From the NCBI GenBank assembly GCA_021325455.1, contig JAJPHD010000026.1, forward strand, positions 334,722-398,721: a stretch of 64,000 nt of DNA. The letters are read 5' to 3'. Origin of the DNA: Actinomycetota bacterium. GTDB lineage: Bacteria; Actinomycetota; Acidimicrobiia; Acidimicrobiales; JAJPHD01. Made by a program: the position numbers and the translations under genes. The notes under the pieces are model-generated. The model saw only the letters and a program-made list of their open reading frames with translations. It was not told where the DNA came from and did no database searches. The first letter of the stretch is position 1. The number at the start of each line of letters is the position of its first letter. Shown here one piece after another: positions 9,053 to 19,063 of the stretch.

Positions 9053-11212
9053 TCAGTAGGTGGCCAGCTCCTCCAGCGCCCTGGCGATGTCAGGGACCTG
9101 GGGCAGGATGGCCCGCTCCAAGGTGGGCTCGTAGGCGACGTGGCAGTCCTTGGCCCCGATGCGCCGGACGGGGGCATCCAGCTCGGCGAAGCAGTGCTCC
9201 GACACCCATGCCGCCACCTCGGCTCCGAACCCGGAGGTGAGGACGTCCTCGTGCACCACCAGGACCCGGCCGGTCCTGGCCACGGACGAGGCGACCAGCT
9301 CCTGGTCCCAGGGGATGAGGGTGCGCAGGTCGATGATCTCCACCGATACGTCGTCGGCCACCTGCAGGGCTGCCTGCCGGGACCGCTCCACCGTGGCCCC
9401 CCAGGTGACCACGGTCACGTCCTGGCCGTGGGTCACATAGCGCCCCCGGCCGAAGGGGACCACGTGCTCCGGGCCTCCCGTCTCCCCCCGGGTGTAGGGC
9501 TGGCGCAGGAGGTGCTTGTGCTCGAGGAACAGCACGGGGTCCTCGCAACGGAAGGCATAGCGCAGGAGGCCGGCCGCGTCCCGGGCCCGGGACGGGAAGG
9601 CGACGAGGAGCCCGGGCACGTGGGTGAAGATGGACTCTCCGCACTGTGAGTGCCAGATGGCGCCCCCTGTGAGATAGCCCCCGATCGGGACCCGGATCAC
9701 CACGGGGCAGGTGAAGGCCCCGTTCGACCGCCACCTCACCGTGGCCGCCTCGGACTTGATCTGGCTCATGGCCGGCCAGATGTAGTCGAAGAACTGGATC
9801 TCGGGACAGGGCCTCAGGCCCCGGAGGGCCTGGCCTACCGCTCGGCCCACGATGTTGGCCTCGGCCAGGGGGGTGTTGTAGCAGCGGGCCAGCCCGAACT
9901 CCCGCTGCAGGCCGAGCGTGGTGCCGAACACCCCTCCCTTGCCCTCCACCTGGGCCAGGACCGCCTCCCTGGCGTCGGCCACGTCCTCCCCGAACACCCG
10001 GACCCGCTCGTCGGCGGCCATGACCTCGTGCAGGGTGCGCCGGATGGCCTCGCCCAAGGCCACCACCGCCTCCCCGGCCGGTGGGGACCCGCTCCCGGCC
10101 AGGGCGGGGTCGGGCTCCCGGTCCTCGGGCCCAGGGTCGGGGGCCGGGGGCAGCACGTACACGTGGTCGGTCACGGTGGCCGGGTCGGGGCGGGGAGCAG
10201 CCAGGGCCTCAGCCGCGGCCCGGCCCACCACCGCCTTGGCCTCGGCCCGGATGGCCGCCACCTGGTCGGGGTCGAGGATCCCCCTCGCCACGAGGGCCTG
10301 CTCCATCAACAGGATGGGGTCGTGGAGGGCCTCGTCGGCCAGGTCCTCGGGCGTGCGGTACTTGCTCTGGGTATCGGCCGCCGAGTGGGAGTAGGGGCGT
10401 GTGACCCTGGCATGGATGAGCCCCGGTCCCTCGCCGGCCCGCACCCGGGCGATGGCCGCCGAGCCCACCTCCCTCACCTGGAAGTAGTCCCGGCCGTCCA
10501 GGTCGTGGATGGCCAGGCCCCGGAAGCCCCGGGCCAGCTCGTGCACGGGCGCCGGCGCCTGGTCCGACGAGGGGACGGAGATGGCGTACCCGTTGTCCGC
10601 CACCACGAACAGCACGGGGAGGTGGAGGGTGCAGGCGGTGTTGAGGCTCTCCCAGAACTCCCCCTCCGAGGTCGCTCCCTCGCCCAGGGACACGTAGGTA
10701 ACCTCGTCCCCCTCCGCCCGGCAGCCCACCAGGTCGGGCCGGCGGGAGATGTAGCGGGCCGCCTCGGCACAGCCCACCGCCGGCAGGCACTGGGTACCGG
10801 TGGGGCTGGACGACGTGGCCACGTTCTTGTCCCGGTAGCCCCAGTGGCAGGGCATCTGGCGTCCCCCTGAGGCCGGGTCGGCGGCCGACCCCACCGCCTC
10901 CAGCAGGATCTCGGTGGGCGTGACCCCGAGGCCGAGCATGAGGGCCCGGTCCCGGTAGTAGGGGAAGAACCAGTCGTAGCCCGGGCGCAGGTACCGGGCC
11001 AGGCCCAGCAGCAGCGCCTCGTGCCCGGCCCCCGAGATCTGGAAGAAGACGCGGCTCTGCTTCTGCAGGATGATCTCGCGGTCGTCGAGGGACCGGGAGA
11101 TGCACGCCAAGCGGTAGTCCTCTATCAGCTCCTCGGCCGGGTACTCCTCGCCGCCGGCCGGCGGCCTCTCGCCCCCTCTCAGGAGCCCGGGCGACTGCAT
11201 GACACCTGCCAT
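9053..11212 (-). CDS. 2-oxoacid dehydrogenase E1 component, fused alpha+beta subunits (TPP-dependent)
   Basis: 719 aa. The alpha part has a TPP-binding region (SLGEGATSEGEFWESLN, VADNGYAIS). A P/G-rich linker follows, then a beta transketolase-like part (FGEDV..GGVFG.T.GL, YEPTLERAILP). Confidence 0.85.
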   Translation of the reverse strand: MAGVMQSPGLLRGGERPPAGGEEYPAEELIEDYRLACISRSLDDREIILQKQSRVFFQISGAGHEALLLGLARYLRPGYDWFFPYYRDRALMLGLGVTPTEILLEAVGSAADPASGGRQMPCHWGYRDKNVATSSSPTGTQCLPAVGCAEAARYISRRPDLVGCRAEGDEVTYVSLGEGATSEGEFWESLNTACTLHLPVLFVVADNGYAISVPSSDQAPAPVHELARGFRGLAIHDLDGRDYFQVREVGSAAIARVRAGEGPGLIHARVTRPYSHSAADTQSKYRTPEDLADEALHDPILLMEQALVARGILDPDQVAAIRAEAKAVVGRAAAEALAAPRPDPATVTDHVYVLPPAPDPGPEDREPDPALAGSGSPPAGEAVVALGEAIRRTLHEVMAADERVRVFGEDVADAREAVLAQVEGKGGVFGTTLGLQREFGLARCYNTPLAEANIVGRAVGQALRGLRPCPEIQFFDYIWPAMSQIKSEAATVRWRSNGAFTCPVVIRVPIGGYLTGGAIWHSQCGESIFTHVPGLLVAFPSRARDAAGLLRYAFRCEDPVLFLEHKHLLRQPYTRGETGGPEHVVPFGRGRYVTHGQDVTVVTWGATVERSRQAALQVADDVSVEIIDLRTLIPWDQELVASSVARTGRVLVVHEDVLTSGFGAEVAAWVSEHCFAELDAPVRRIGAKDCHVAYEPTLERAILPQVPDIARALEELATY

Positions 11213-11423
11213 CAGCGCCCGGCCCCGTTGCCTGTGCGCGGCATCGTCTCGACCTCCCTTCAGGCCCGCCGTACCGGCGGGCCGAGGTTCTTGACCCTAG
11301 TTGTTCCCGCTCCCGGGCCACCGCCATGCCGGGGCCGCCGGGCCAAGGGTTCGGGCCACCCCGGAGCGGGGCCGTCCGGGGGCGGGTCTTGCCCGCTGCG
11401 AGCCGCGGCGCTACACCTGTCCC

Positions 11424-13400
11424 ATGGGAGCAGAGGGCCGCATGCTGTGGGAACCCCCGGCGGCCGTGAGGGAGCGGGCCCGGCTGACCGCCTTCCTCGG
11501 CTGGCTGGCCGACCACCTGGGGCGGCGCTTCGAGGGCTACGAGGACCTGTGGCGCTGGTCGGTCGACGACCTCCCCGGGTTCTGGGGCTCGGTCTGGGAG
11601 TTCAGCGGGCTGGGCGCCTTCGGAGGCTACGAGCGGGTCCTCTCCGGGCGGGAGATGCCGGGGGCCCGCTGGTTCGAGGGGGCCCGGCTCAACTACGCCC
11701 AGCGGGCCCTCGGCCATCCACCGGACCACCTGGCCGTGTCGGCCTGGTCCGAGACGCGGGGACCCGTCACGCTCACCTATGGCGAGCTGGGCGACCAGGT
11801 GGGCGCGGCCGCCGCCGGGCTGCGCCGGCTGGGGGTGGGCAAGGGCGACAGGGTGGCGGCCTTCCTGCCCAACATCCCCGAGACCCTGGTGGCCTTCCTG
11901 GCCACGGCCACCCTGGGGGCGGTGTGGTCCAGCTGCGCCCCGGAGTTCGGTGCCGAGAGCGTGCTGGACCGCTTCACCCAGATCCGGCCCAAGGTCCTCC
12001 TCACCGTGGACGGCTACCGCTACGGCGGGGTGGACCGGGACCGGAGGGCTGTCGCCGGCCGGATCGCCTCCGGCCTGCCCGACCTGGCCGCCACCGTCAC
12101 GGTGGGCTACCTGGGAGGAAGGAAGGCCGAACTGGTGGAAGGGGGAGGCCGGGCCCTCGGCTGGCCCGACCTCCTGGCCGCCCCCACCCCTCCCGAGCCC
12201 GAACCGGTGGCCTTCGACCATCCCCTTTGGGTCCTCTACTCGTCGGGGACCACGGGCCTGCCCAAGGCCATCGTCCACGGGCACGGTGGCATGCTCATCG
12301 AGCACCTGAAGTACCTGGCCCTCCAGGCCGACCTGGGCCCCGACGACCGGTTCTTCTGGTTCACCACGACCGGCTGGATGATGTGGAACTTCCTCGTGAG
12401 CGGGCTGCTCACGGGCTCCACCCTGGTCCTCTACGACGGCAGCCCCGTCCACCCCGGGCCCGAGGCCCTCTGGGAGCTGGCCGAGCGGGCGGGGATCACC
12501 TACTTCGGCACCAGCGCCCCCTACATCCTGGCCCAGCGCCAGAGCGGGACCGACCCCGGCCGCCACCACGACCTTTCCCGCCTTCGGGGGGTGGGCTCCA
12601 CCGGGGCCCCCCTCCCCGCCGAGGGGTTCGAGTGGGTCTACGAGCACGTGGGGTCCGACCTCGTGCTGGGGTCGGTGAGCGGAGGGACCGACGTCTGCAC
12701 CGCCTTCGTAGCCTCCTGCCCCCTCCTGCCCGTCTACGCCGGGGAGTGCCAGTGCCGGGGCCTGGGTGCCCCCGTGGAGGTCTACGACGAGTCGGGGAAG
12801 CCGGTGGTGGACCAGATCGGGGAGCTGGTCCTAACCGCCCCCATGCCCTGCATGCCCGTGGGGTTCTGGGGGGACGAGGACGGCAGCCGGTACCGGGAGA
12901 GCTACTTCTCGACCTTCCCCGGCGTGTGGCGCCACGGCGACTGGGCCCGGCTCACCCCCCGGGGGACCGTGGTGATCACGGGCCGCTCCGATTCCACCCT
13001 CAACCGGGGCGGGGTCCGCATGGGCACCGCAGAGTTCTACCGGGTCGTGGAGCAGGTGGAGGGGGTGGTGGACAGCCTGGTCGTCGACACCTCCGGCGCC
13101 GGCGCCGGCGAGGGCCGGCTGGTTCTTTTCCTGGTCCTGGCCGAGGGGAGGGTGCTTGACGACGCCCAGCGCCGCCGCATCGCCGGGGCCATCCGCTCCG
13201 CCCTCTCCCCCCGCCACGTGCCCGACGAGATGGTCCAGGTCCCCGAGGTCCCGAGGACCCTGTCGGGAAAGAAGCTGGAGGTTCCCGTCAAGCGCCTCCT
13301 GGCCGGCGAGGACGCCAGCAAGGTGGTGAACCTCGGCACCCTGGCCAACCCCTCCTCGGTCGAGGCCCTGCTGGCCGCGGCCGGGAAGGGGACCCCCTAG
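11424..13400 (+). CDS. acetoacetyl-CoA synthetase (acetoacetate-CoA ligase)
   Basis: Start re-set to ATG 11424 (or 11442). MLWEPP...LTAFLGWL...YEDLWRWSVDDLPGFW is the AACS-type N-terminus. AMP-binding motif YSSGTTGLPKAIVH; C-terminal TLSGKKLEVPVKR. Confidence 0.85.
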   Translation: MGAEGRMLWEPPAAVRERARLTAFLGWLADHLGRRFEGYEDLWRWSVDDLPGFWGSVWEFSGLGAFGGYERVLSGREMPGARWFEGARLNYAQRALGHPPDHLAVSAWSETRGPVTLTYGELGDQVGAAAAGLRRLGVGKGDRVAAFLPNIPETLVAFLATATLGAVWSSCAPEFGAESVLDRFTQIRPKVLLTVDGYRYGGVDRDRRAVAGRIASGLPDLAATVTVGYLGGRKAELVEGGGRALGWPDLLAAPTPPEPEPVAFDHPLWVLYSSGTTGLPKAIVHGHGGMLIEHLKYLALQADLGPDDRFFWFTTTGWMMWNFLVSGLLTGSTLVLYDGSPVHPGPEALWELAERAGITYFGTSAPYILAQRQSGTDPGRHHDLSRLRGVGSTGAPLPAEGFEWVYEHVGSDLVLGSVSGGTDVCTAFVASCPLLPVYAGECQCRGLGAPVEVYDESGKPVVDQIGELVLTAPMPCMPVGFWGDEDGSRYRESYFSTFPGVWRHGDWARLTPRGTVVITGRSDSTLNRGGVRMGTAEFYRVVEQVEGVVDSLVVDTSGAGAGEGRLVLFLVLAEGRVLDDAQRRRIAGAIRSALSPRHVPDEMVQVPEVPRTLSGKKLEVPVKRLLAGEDASKVVNLGTLANPSSVEALLAAAGKGTP

Positions 13401-13408
13401 CCGGGCCC

Positions 13409-14338
13409 TCAGACCTCGACCTCGGCCAGGACGTAGGGGTTGAGGGCGGTCCCGAGGAGCGGCGGGGGGAAGCGGGCCAGGGCCGAGCCGAGGACCCGCT
13501 TGGCCAGGGCGGGCAGCCCGGCCCGATCGAGGGAGGAGAAGCCGAAGTAGCCGGCCAGGGGGAGGGGCCGCAACGGCCTCGGGCCGAACCACCGGCGGAG
13601 GTCGCCGTAGGAGGCGAGGTGGTAGGGCCCCCACACGGGATGGAGGTTGACCCCCGTCCGCTCGAACAGCCAGGCCCGGCGGGGAGCGGTGGTCTGGCCG
13701 TCGTTGGGCCCGTGCTGGACGTCGAGGGGGAAGCGGCGGTTGGGGCAGGCCACGAGGATGCGCCCCCCCGGCCTGGTCACCCGGGTCAGCTCGGAGCAGA
13801 ACCGCACCCTGGCCTGCCACCAGCCCGGGGCCAGGGTGAGGTGCCCGGTGGTGGTGCCGACGTGCTCGATGACCCCGAGGGCCAAGACGGCGTCGAAGGT
13901 GCCCGCCTTCATGGGGAGCCGGCCCAGGTCGCCCACCACGAAGCCCTCGGGGTCGTGGCCGAGCTGGGCCCAGCGGGTGGCTACGGAGGCCACGTCCAGG
14001 CCCACCGCCTCCAGGCCGTCGGCCCGCATGGCCTCCACGCCCAGGCCGATCCCGCAACCGGCGTCGAGGACCCGCCGGGCACCCACCCGGTCCAGCCAGG
14101 GCCGCAGGTAGGCGTCGTAGAGGCGGCGTCCCGCCCCTTCCTGGATGCGGGCGCAGGAATCGCTCGTCGTCTCCAGGCGGAGGGCGGGGCTCCCCGCAGC
14201 CGCCAGGTGCAGGAAGCCCGAGGGGCCGGGCCCGAAGCGGTGGCTACCGGCTTGGCACCGGACCTCCCCGCCGGCCGGCTCCATCGCCGAGCCGTCCACC
14301 GGGCAAGCCAGCAGGCGGGCGAGGCGCTCCCAGGGCAC
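13409..14338 (-). CDS. class I SAM-dependent methyltransferase with Trm112-like N-terminal segment
   Basis: Real part of track ORF 13409..14914. GTG at 14338 is in frame (VPWERLARLLACPVDG...). SAM motif I is VLDAGCGIGLG; post-I/II motifs are present (FDAVLALGVIEH, RPGGRILV). Confidence 0.7.
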   Translation of the reverse strand: MPWERLARLLACPVDGSAMEPAGGEVRCQAGSHRFGPGPSGFLHLAAAGSPALRLETTSDSCARIQEGAGRRLYDAYLRPWLDRVGARRVLDAGCGIGLGVEAMRADGLEAVGLDVASVATRWAQLGHDPEGFVVGDLGRLPMKAGTFDAVLALGVIEHVGTTTGHLTLAPGWWQARVRFCSELTRVTRPGGRILVACPNRRFPLDVQHGPNDGQTTAPRRAWLFERTGVNLHPVWGPYHLASYGDLRRWFGPRPLRPLPLAGYFGFSSLDRAGLPALAKRVLGSALARFPPPLLGTALNPYVLAEVEV

Positions 14339-14422
14339 GAGGCGAGCATAGGAACCTCCCAGCGGCGGGCTCCCCCGCCCCGTTTCACCGATTGCCCAGG
14401 GGGCCCTCCGCCAACCCCTAGC

Positions 14423-15676
14423 GTGCGGTGGGTGAGGACCAAGGCGCGGGCGGGGTCCGCCGGCCGCCTGGCGCTGCTGTGGCTGGCGGGGATGGACCTG
14501 CGGGTGACGCTGCTCGCCCTGCCCCCCCTGCTGCCCCTGGTGAGCGCGGACCTGGGGCTGGACCGGGCCGCGGTCGGGGCCCTCACGAACCTCCCGGTCC
14601 TGCTGCTGGGCCTGGCCTCGGTGCTGGGGTCGGCCATCATCGGGCGCCTGGGTGCCAGCCGGGCCCTCCTGGTGGGCCTGGTCACGGTGGCCCTGGCCGG
14701 CGCCCTCCGGGGGGCGGGGGCCGACACCGCCGTGCTGTTCGCCATGACCTTCGCCATGGGAGTGGGGATAGCGGTCCTCCAGCCGGCCCTGCCCACCCTG
14801 GTGCGCCAGTGGCTCCCGGGGGCGGTGGGGCCGGCCACGGCCCTCTACGGCAACGGGCTCCTCGTGGGCGAGGCCCTGGCCGCCTCGATAACCCTGCCCG
14901 CCGTCCTGCCCCACACCGGCTCCTGGGAGGCCAGCCTGGCGGTGTGGTCAGCACCCGTGGCCCTGGCAGCCGGGCTGGCCGCCTGGGTGACCAGGCGGGC
15001 CGAGCCCCCTCCCCTGGCGGGGCGGGGGGAGGCGGGGGCCGCCCCGGCCGAGGATGGCACCCCTCGGCCCGCCGGCCCACCGGCTCCGGCGCAGGCCACC
15101 ACCTCCTGGCCCGACCTGGGGGACTCCCGGGTGTGGAAGCTGGGCCTGGTGCAGGGAGGGGCCTCGGCGGCCTACTTCGCCACCAACACCTTCCTGCCCG
15201 GTTACCTCCACGCTCTGGGGAGCCCCGGCCTCGTGAGCCCCACCCTCGCCGCCCTCAACGTGAGCCAGCTGCCAGCCTCCATCCTCCTCCTCCTCCTCTC
15301 CCGCCGCCTCGTGGGGCCCCGCTGGCCCCTCCTGGGCCTGGGCGGGATCCTGTTGGTGGCGTCCGTGGGCCTCCTGGCCGCCCCCCCACCCGTGCTCTTG
15401 GCCCCCGTGGTCGCCATCGGCTTCTCCTCCTCGCTCCTCCTGCTCCTCACCCTGGCCCTGGCCCCCGTGTGGGCCGGCCGGGAGGAGGTGGCCCGCCTGT
15501 CAGCGGGGATGTTCAGCGTGGGCTACACCCTGGCCTTCGCCCTTCCCGTGCTGGGTGGGGTGGCCTCGGATGTGTCGGGCTCGCTCACCATGACCCTGGT
15601 GCCGGCGCTGGTGGGGGCGGTGCTGGTGGGCGTCTCGGCGCTCACCCTGGGCGCCGGAGGGCCCCTGCGCGGTTAA
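14423..15676 (+). CDS. MFS transporter (CynX/NimT-like)
   Basis: Real part of track ORF 13619..15676. GTG at 14423 is in frame. About 12 hydrophobic helices (LALLWLAGMDLRVTLLALPPLLP...), typical of a cyanate-permease-like MFS. Confidence 0.7.
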   Translation: MRWVRTKARAGSAGRLALLWLAGMDLRVTLLALPPLLPLVSADLGLDRAAVGALTNLPVLLLGLASVLGSAIIGRLGASRALLVGLVTVALAGALRGAGADTAVLFAMTFAMGVGIAVLQPALPTLVRQWLPGAVGPATALYGNGLLVGEALAASITLPAVLPHTGSWEASLAVWSAPVALAAGLAAWVTRRAEPPPLAGRGEAGAAPAEDGTPRPAGPPAPAQATTSWPDLGDSRVWKLGLVQGGASAAYFATNTFLPGYLHALGSPGLVSPTLAALNVSQLPASILLLLLSRRLVGPRWPLLGLGGILLVASVGLLAAPPPVLLAPVVAIGFSSSLLLLLTLALAPVWAGREEVARLSAGMFSVGYTLAFALPVLGGVASDVSGSLTMTLVPALVGAVLVGVSALTLGAGGPLRG

Positions 15677-15755
15677 GAGGGTGCGCCCCGCCGCCCATTG
15701 GGCGGGCCAGGGCCGTTTCGCTTACCATGCGGGCTGGAGAGCATGAGGAGGCATA

Positions 15756-15998
15756 GTGAGCGACGCCGTGACGGCATACGTGCTTATCCAGACCGAGGTG
15801 GGCAAGGCGGCCCAGGTCGCCGGTGAGGTGAGCAGGATCGAGGGTGTGGTCACCGCTGAGGACGTCACCGGCCCCTATGACGTGATCGTCCGGGCCGAGG
15901 CGAACTCGGTGGACGAGCTGGGGAAGCTGATCGTGAGCCGGCTCCAGCTCATAGAGGGCATCACCCGGACCCTCACCTGCCCGGTGGTCAAGCTCTAG
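15756..15998 (+). CDS. stand-alone Lrp/AsnC ligand-binding (RAM) domain protein
   Basis: 80 aa: AYVLIQTEVGKAAQVAGEVSRIEGVVTAEDVTGPYDVIVRAEANSVDELGKLIVSRLQLIEGITRTLTCPVV, the conserved actinobacterial small AsnC-type domain. GAGGAGG SD before the GTG. Confidence 0.7.
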   Translation: MSDAVTAYVLIQTEVGKAAQVAGEVSRIEGVVTAEDVTGPYDVIVRAEANSVDELGKLIVSRLQLIEGITRTLTCPVVKL

Positions 15999-16081
15999 GG
16001 GGCCCGAGGGCATCCCTGGGCGCCTCTCCCCACGGTCCACCACCGCCCGCCGCGTGGAGACAGCCCGCCCCGGCGCCTAGC

Positions 16082-16501
16082 TTGGGTCTCGTGGTGCAAG
16101 CCCCCGCCGCCCCCCGCCCGCCGGCTGGCGGACCTCCCACGCGGCCGGCCCCTGACCGCTGGGCCCGCCGGGTGCTGCGGGTGCGTGATGACCGGTTGAC
16201 CGTGGGCCAGGCCCAGGCCGAACGGCTCTTCAGCACCTCCATCGTCCTCTCCGCCAGCCGCTGCCTGGCCACCTACGTGGTCCTGCCCGTCATCAGCCTC
16301 GTGGTCCAGGGGGCGGCCAGCGTGGGGCCCGACGTGGGTGTCCCCCTCGGCCTGTTGGCCCTGGTGTTCGACGTGGTGGGCATCAGGAGGTTCTGGCTGG
16401 CCGACCACCGCTGGCGCTGGCCCGTCACCGCCGTCTACCTGATGGTGATGGCCCTGGTGGTGGCCTTCCTGGTCATCGACGTCTCCGCCCTGACCCGCTG
16501 A
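16082..16501 (+). CDS. hypothetical small membrane protein
   Basis: 139 aa with high GC3 and 3 hydrophobic helices (ATYVVLPVISLVV, VPLGLLALVFDVV, VTAVYLMVMALVVAFLVI). No family recognised and the start is uncertain. Confidence 0.4.
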   Translation: MGLVVQAPAAPRPPAGGPPTRPAPDRWARRVLRVRDDRLTVGQAQAERLFSTSIVLSASRCLATYVVLPVISLVVQGAASVGPDVGVPLGLLALVFDVVGIRRFWLADHRWRWPVTAVYLMVMALVVAFLVIDVSALTR

Positions 16502-16546
16502 GCAGGGCGCCCGAGAGGCGGCACCCGCCGGCCACCGGGCCCTCGC

Positions 16547-17908
16547 TCAACGGGACAGGCCCACCCCGTCCCCGTCCGGGCGGCGCCGGCCCTCCCGCAC
16601 CCGTGTCCTGCCCTCAGGGGCCGCCACCAGGTCCCTCCAGGGCGGGGAGGCATGGCTGGGCGTGAGGCGGACCGAGGCCGGGGGGCGCCCCGCCTCCAGG
16701 TAGACGGCCCGGCCCCGGACTCCCTGGCTCAGGGCTGCGACCGGCACCCGGGGCTGGCGCCTGGTGGACCACGTCGTGGTGGAGCTGAGGCCACCCCGCT
16801 GCCACCAGCGGCCCGAGCGGCTGACCGAGCGGACAGGGACGTCCAGGTCACCGCAAAGGGCCGACAGGGCCTCCAGGATCCTGGCCTCCCCCAGCCCGGG
16901 GAGGATCAGCTTGGCCCGGAAGTGGCTGAGGAAGCCGCCGGCAGCGGCCGGGCCCCAGCGGTCCCGGGCCTGGGAGAGGTCCTGGAAGCAGGCCGGCACC
17001 AGCACCCCCTGGCCTCCGCCCTCCGAGACGATGCGGGGGAGGCTGGGGAGGGGGGCGATGTTGGCCACCTCGTCCAGGGCCAGCACCACGGCCGGAGGGA
17101 CGGGGCGGGAACCCGCCTCCCCGGCGGCACGGTAGGCGGCTGAGCACACCTCTTCGAGCAAGGACACCACCAGCGGCCCCACCAGGTCCTGGGACCCCGA
17201 GGGAGCGCATATGTAGACCGTGTCCCGCGAGCGCACGAAGGCCCCGGGCTCGAAGTTGGGCCGGCGGGTGGTGGCCAGGGCGGCATCGGTCTGGTAGGCG
17301 GAGATGGCCTGCGCCGCGGTGGAGAAGATGGCCGACAGCTCACGGTCCTCGCAGTCCGTGACCCCCGCCAGCACGTCCGCGGCCAGCGGCGAGCCCTGCT
17401 CACCGAGGACCGCCTCGGCGGGAGAGACCTGCCTGCGGTTCACCCACCGGCTCACGTCCTCCATGGAGGCCCCGCACACTCCCCCGGCATGGAGAAGCGG
17501 CGCCAGCAGGGCCTCGGCCCGGCCCTTCCAGTGGTCGGCGTCGAGGGTGCCCCGGCCGGAGGAGGAGGTGGCCACCAGCCGGCGCGCCACCAGCCGGGCC
17601 GTCTCCCAGCGGGCCGAGGCCGGGACGGGCGACCACCGCAGGGCCCTCACGCCGGCCGGGACCCCCACCTCTCCGGTGGGGTCGAACAGCCAGCACTCCC
17701 CGGACCGGCTCCGGTGGGCGAGGGTGGCAGCCAGCACATCGGGCTTGGTGGAGGTGGAGACCACCGGCCCTCCCCCGGCCAGGACGTTGGGGATGACGAG
17801 GGACGAGGTCTTGCCCGACCGGGGCGGTCCCAGCACCAGGAGGTGGGCCTCGGGAGGGGCCCACGCCCACCCCGCCGGCGTGGCTCCCAGGTACAGGGAG
17901 GGGGTCAC
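16547..17908 (-). CDS. VirD4/TraG-family type IV coupling-protein-like P-loop ATPase, lacking an N-terminal TM anchor
   Basis: 453 aa. Walker A LVLGPPRSGKTSSLVIPNVL (the VIPN signature of TraG/VirD4), Walker B VVLALDEVANIAPLP, and a TraG-D_C-like C-terminus. GTG start 9 nt after the stop of the upstream CoA-transferase gene. Confidence 0.75.
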   Translation of the reverse strand: MTPSLYLGATPAGWAWAPPEAHLLVLGPPRSGKTSSLVIPNVLAGGGPVVSTSTKPDVLAATLAHRSRSGECWLFDPTGEVGVPAGVRALRWSPVPASARWETARLVARRLVATSSSGRGTLDADHWKGRAEALLAPLLHAGGVCGASMEDVSRWVNRRQVSPAEAVLGEQGSPLAADVLAGVTDCEDRELSAIFSTAAQAISAYQTDAALATTRRPNFEPGAFVRSRDTVYICAPSGSQDLVGPLVVSLLEEVCSAAYRAAGEAGSRPVPPAVVLALDEVANIAPLPSLPRIVSEGGGQGVLVPACFQDLSQARDRWGPAAAGGFLSHFRAKLILPGLGEARILEALSALCGDLDVPVRSVSRSGRWWQRGGLSSTTTWSTRRQPRVPVAALSQGVRGRAVYLEAGRPPASVRLTPSHASPPWRDLVAAPEGRTRVREGRRRPDGDGVGLSR

Positions 17909-17917
17909 CGCCGCCGG

Positions 17918-19063
17918 TCAGGCCAGAGCACCCACCCGGCGCAGCCGGGCCAGGTCGGCGGCGCTGAAGCCCCAGTCGGCGAGAGCCTCGTCCGTGTGCT
18001 GGCCGGCGTGGGCCGGCGGAGCCCCCACCTCGCCGGGTGTCCGGCTGAAGCGGGGAGCGGGCCCCGGCTGCACCACCCCGCCCACCTCCACGAAGGTGCC
18101 CCGGGCCCGGTTGTGAGGGTGGCCCGGCGCCTCTGCCATCGACAGCACGGGGGCGAAGCAGGCGTCCGAGCCCTCCATCAGCTGGCACCACTCGTCCCTC
18201 GTCCGGGAGCGGAACACCTGGGCCAGGCGCTCCTTCATCCGGGGCCAGGCCGCCCGGTCCATCTGGGGGGGGAGGTCCTCCTCCTCCAGCCCGCTCCGGC
18301 GCACCAGCTCGGCGTAGAACCGGGGCTCGATGGCCCCTACGGCGACGTGGCCCCCGTCGGCCGTCTCGTACACCTCGTAGAAGTGGGCTCCGGTGTCGAG
18401 GAGGTTGGTGCCCCGCTCGTCTCTCCACAGGCCCATGGCCCTCAGCCCGTGGATCATGGTGGTGAGCAGGGCGGCCCCATCCACCATGGCGGCATCGACC
18501 ACCTGGCCCTTGCCGGAGCGGGCCGCCTCGAGGAAGGCGCACACCATCCCGAAGGCCAGCAGCATCCCTCCCCCGCCGAAGTCGCCCACCAGGTTGAGGG
18601 GCGGGACCGGGCGCTCCCCCGCCCTGCCGATGGCGCCCAGGACACCGGCCAGGGCGATGTAGTCGATGTCGTGCCCGGCGGCCCCGGCCAGCGGGCCGTC
18701 CTGGCCCCAGCCCGTCATCCGCCCGTAGGCCAGCCGGGGGTTGCGGGCCAGGCAGGGCTCGGGCCCGATCCCCAGCCGCTCCGCCACCCCGGGCCGGAAG
18801 CCTTCGATGAGGCCGTCGGCCCGCTCCACCAGCCGGAGCACGGTCGCCACGCCCTCGGGGTGCTTGAGGTCCACGCCCACCGAGCGACGGCCGCGGGCCA
18901 GGAGGTCGGCGGAGGGGGTATCCGGCCCGCCGGCGGGGACCGAGGAGGCCCGGTCCACCCGGAGCACCTCTGCCCCCATGTCGGCGAGCATCATGGCGGC
19001 AAAGGGCCCGGGGCCGATGCCCGCCACCTCCACCACCCTGAGCCCGGCCAGCGGCCCGCTCAA
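17918..19063 (-). CDS. family III CoA-transferase (alpha-methylacyl-CoA racemase / CaiB-BaiF type)
   Basis: 381 aa. [35 protein letters not shown]-terminus, GWGQDGP, typical of the MCR/Far family. TTG start overlaps the upstream stop (TTGA). Confidence 0.85.
   Translation of the reverse strand: MSGPLAGLRVVEVAGIGPGPFAAMMLADMGAEVLRVDRASSVPAGGPDTPSADLLARGRRSVGVDLKHPEGVATVLRLVERADGLIEGFRPGVAERLGIGPEPCLARNPRLAYGRMTGWGQDGPLAGAAGHDIDYIALAGVLGAIGRAGERPVPPLNLVGDFGGGGMLLAFGMVCAFLEAARSGKGQVVDAAMVDGAALLTTMIHGLRAMGLWRDERGTNLLDTGAHFYEVYETADGGHVAVGAIEPRFYAELVRRSGLEEEDLPPQMDRAAWPRMKERLAQVFRSRTRDEWCQLMEGSDACFAPVLSMAEAPGHPHNRARGTFVEVGGVVQPGPAPRFSRTPGEVGAPPAHAGQHTDEALADWGFSAADLARLRRVGALA

Noticed and set aside
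16547-17908. Calling the T4CP-like gene evidence for an integrated conjugative element or mobile island.
   Set aside because: No integrase, relaxase, other T4SS genes, flanking direct repeats, tRNA target or compositional shift is visible. The gene is packed into a metabolic operon. I report it as an orphan gene instead.
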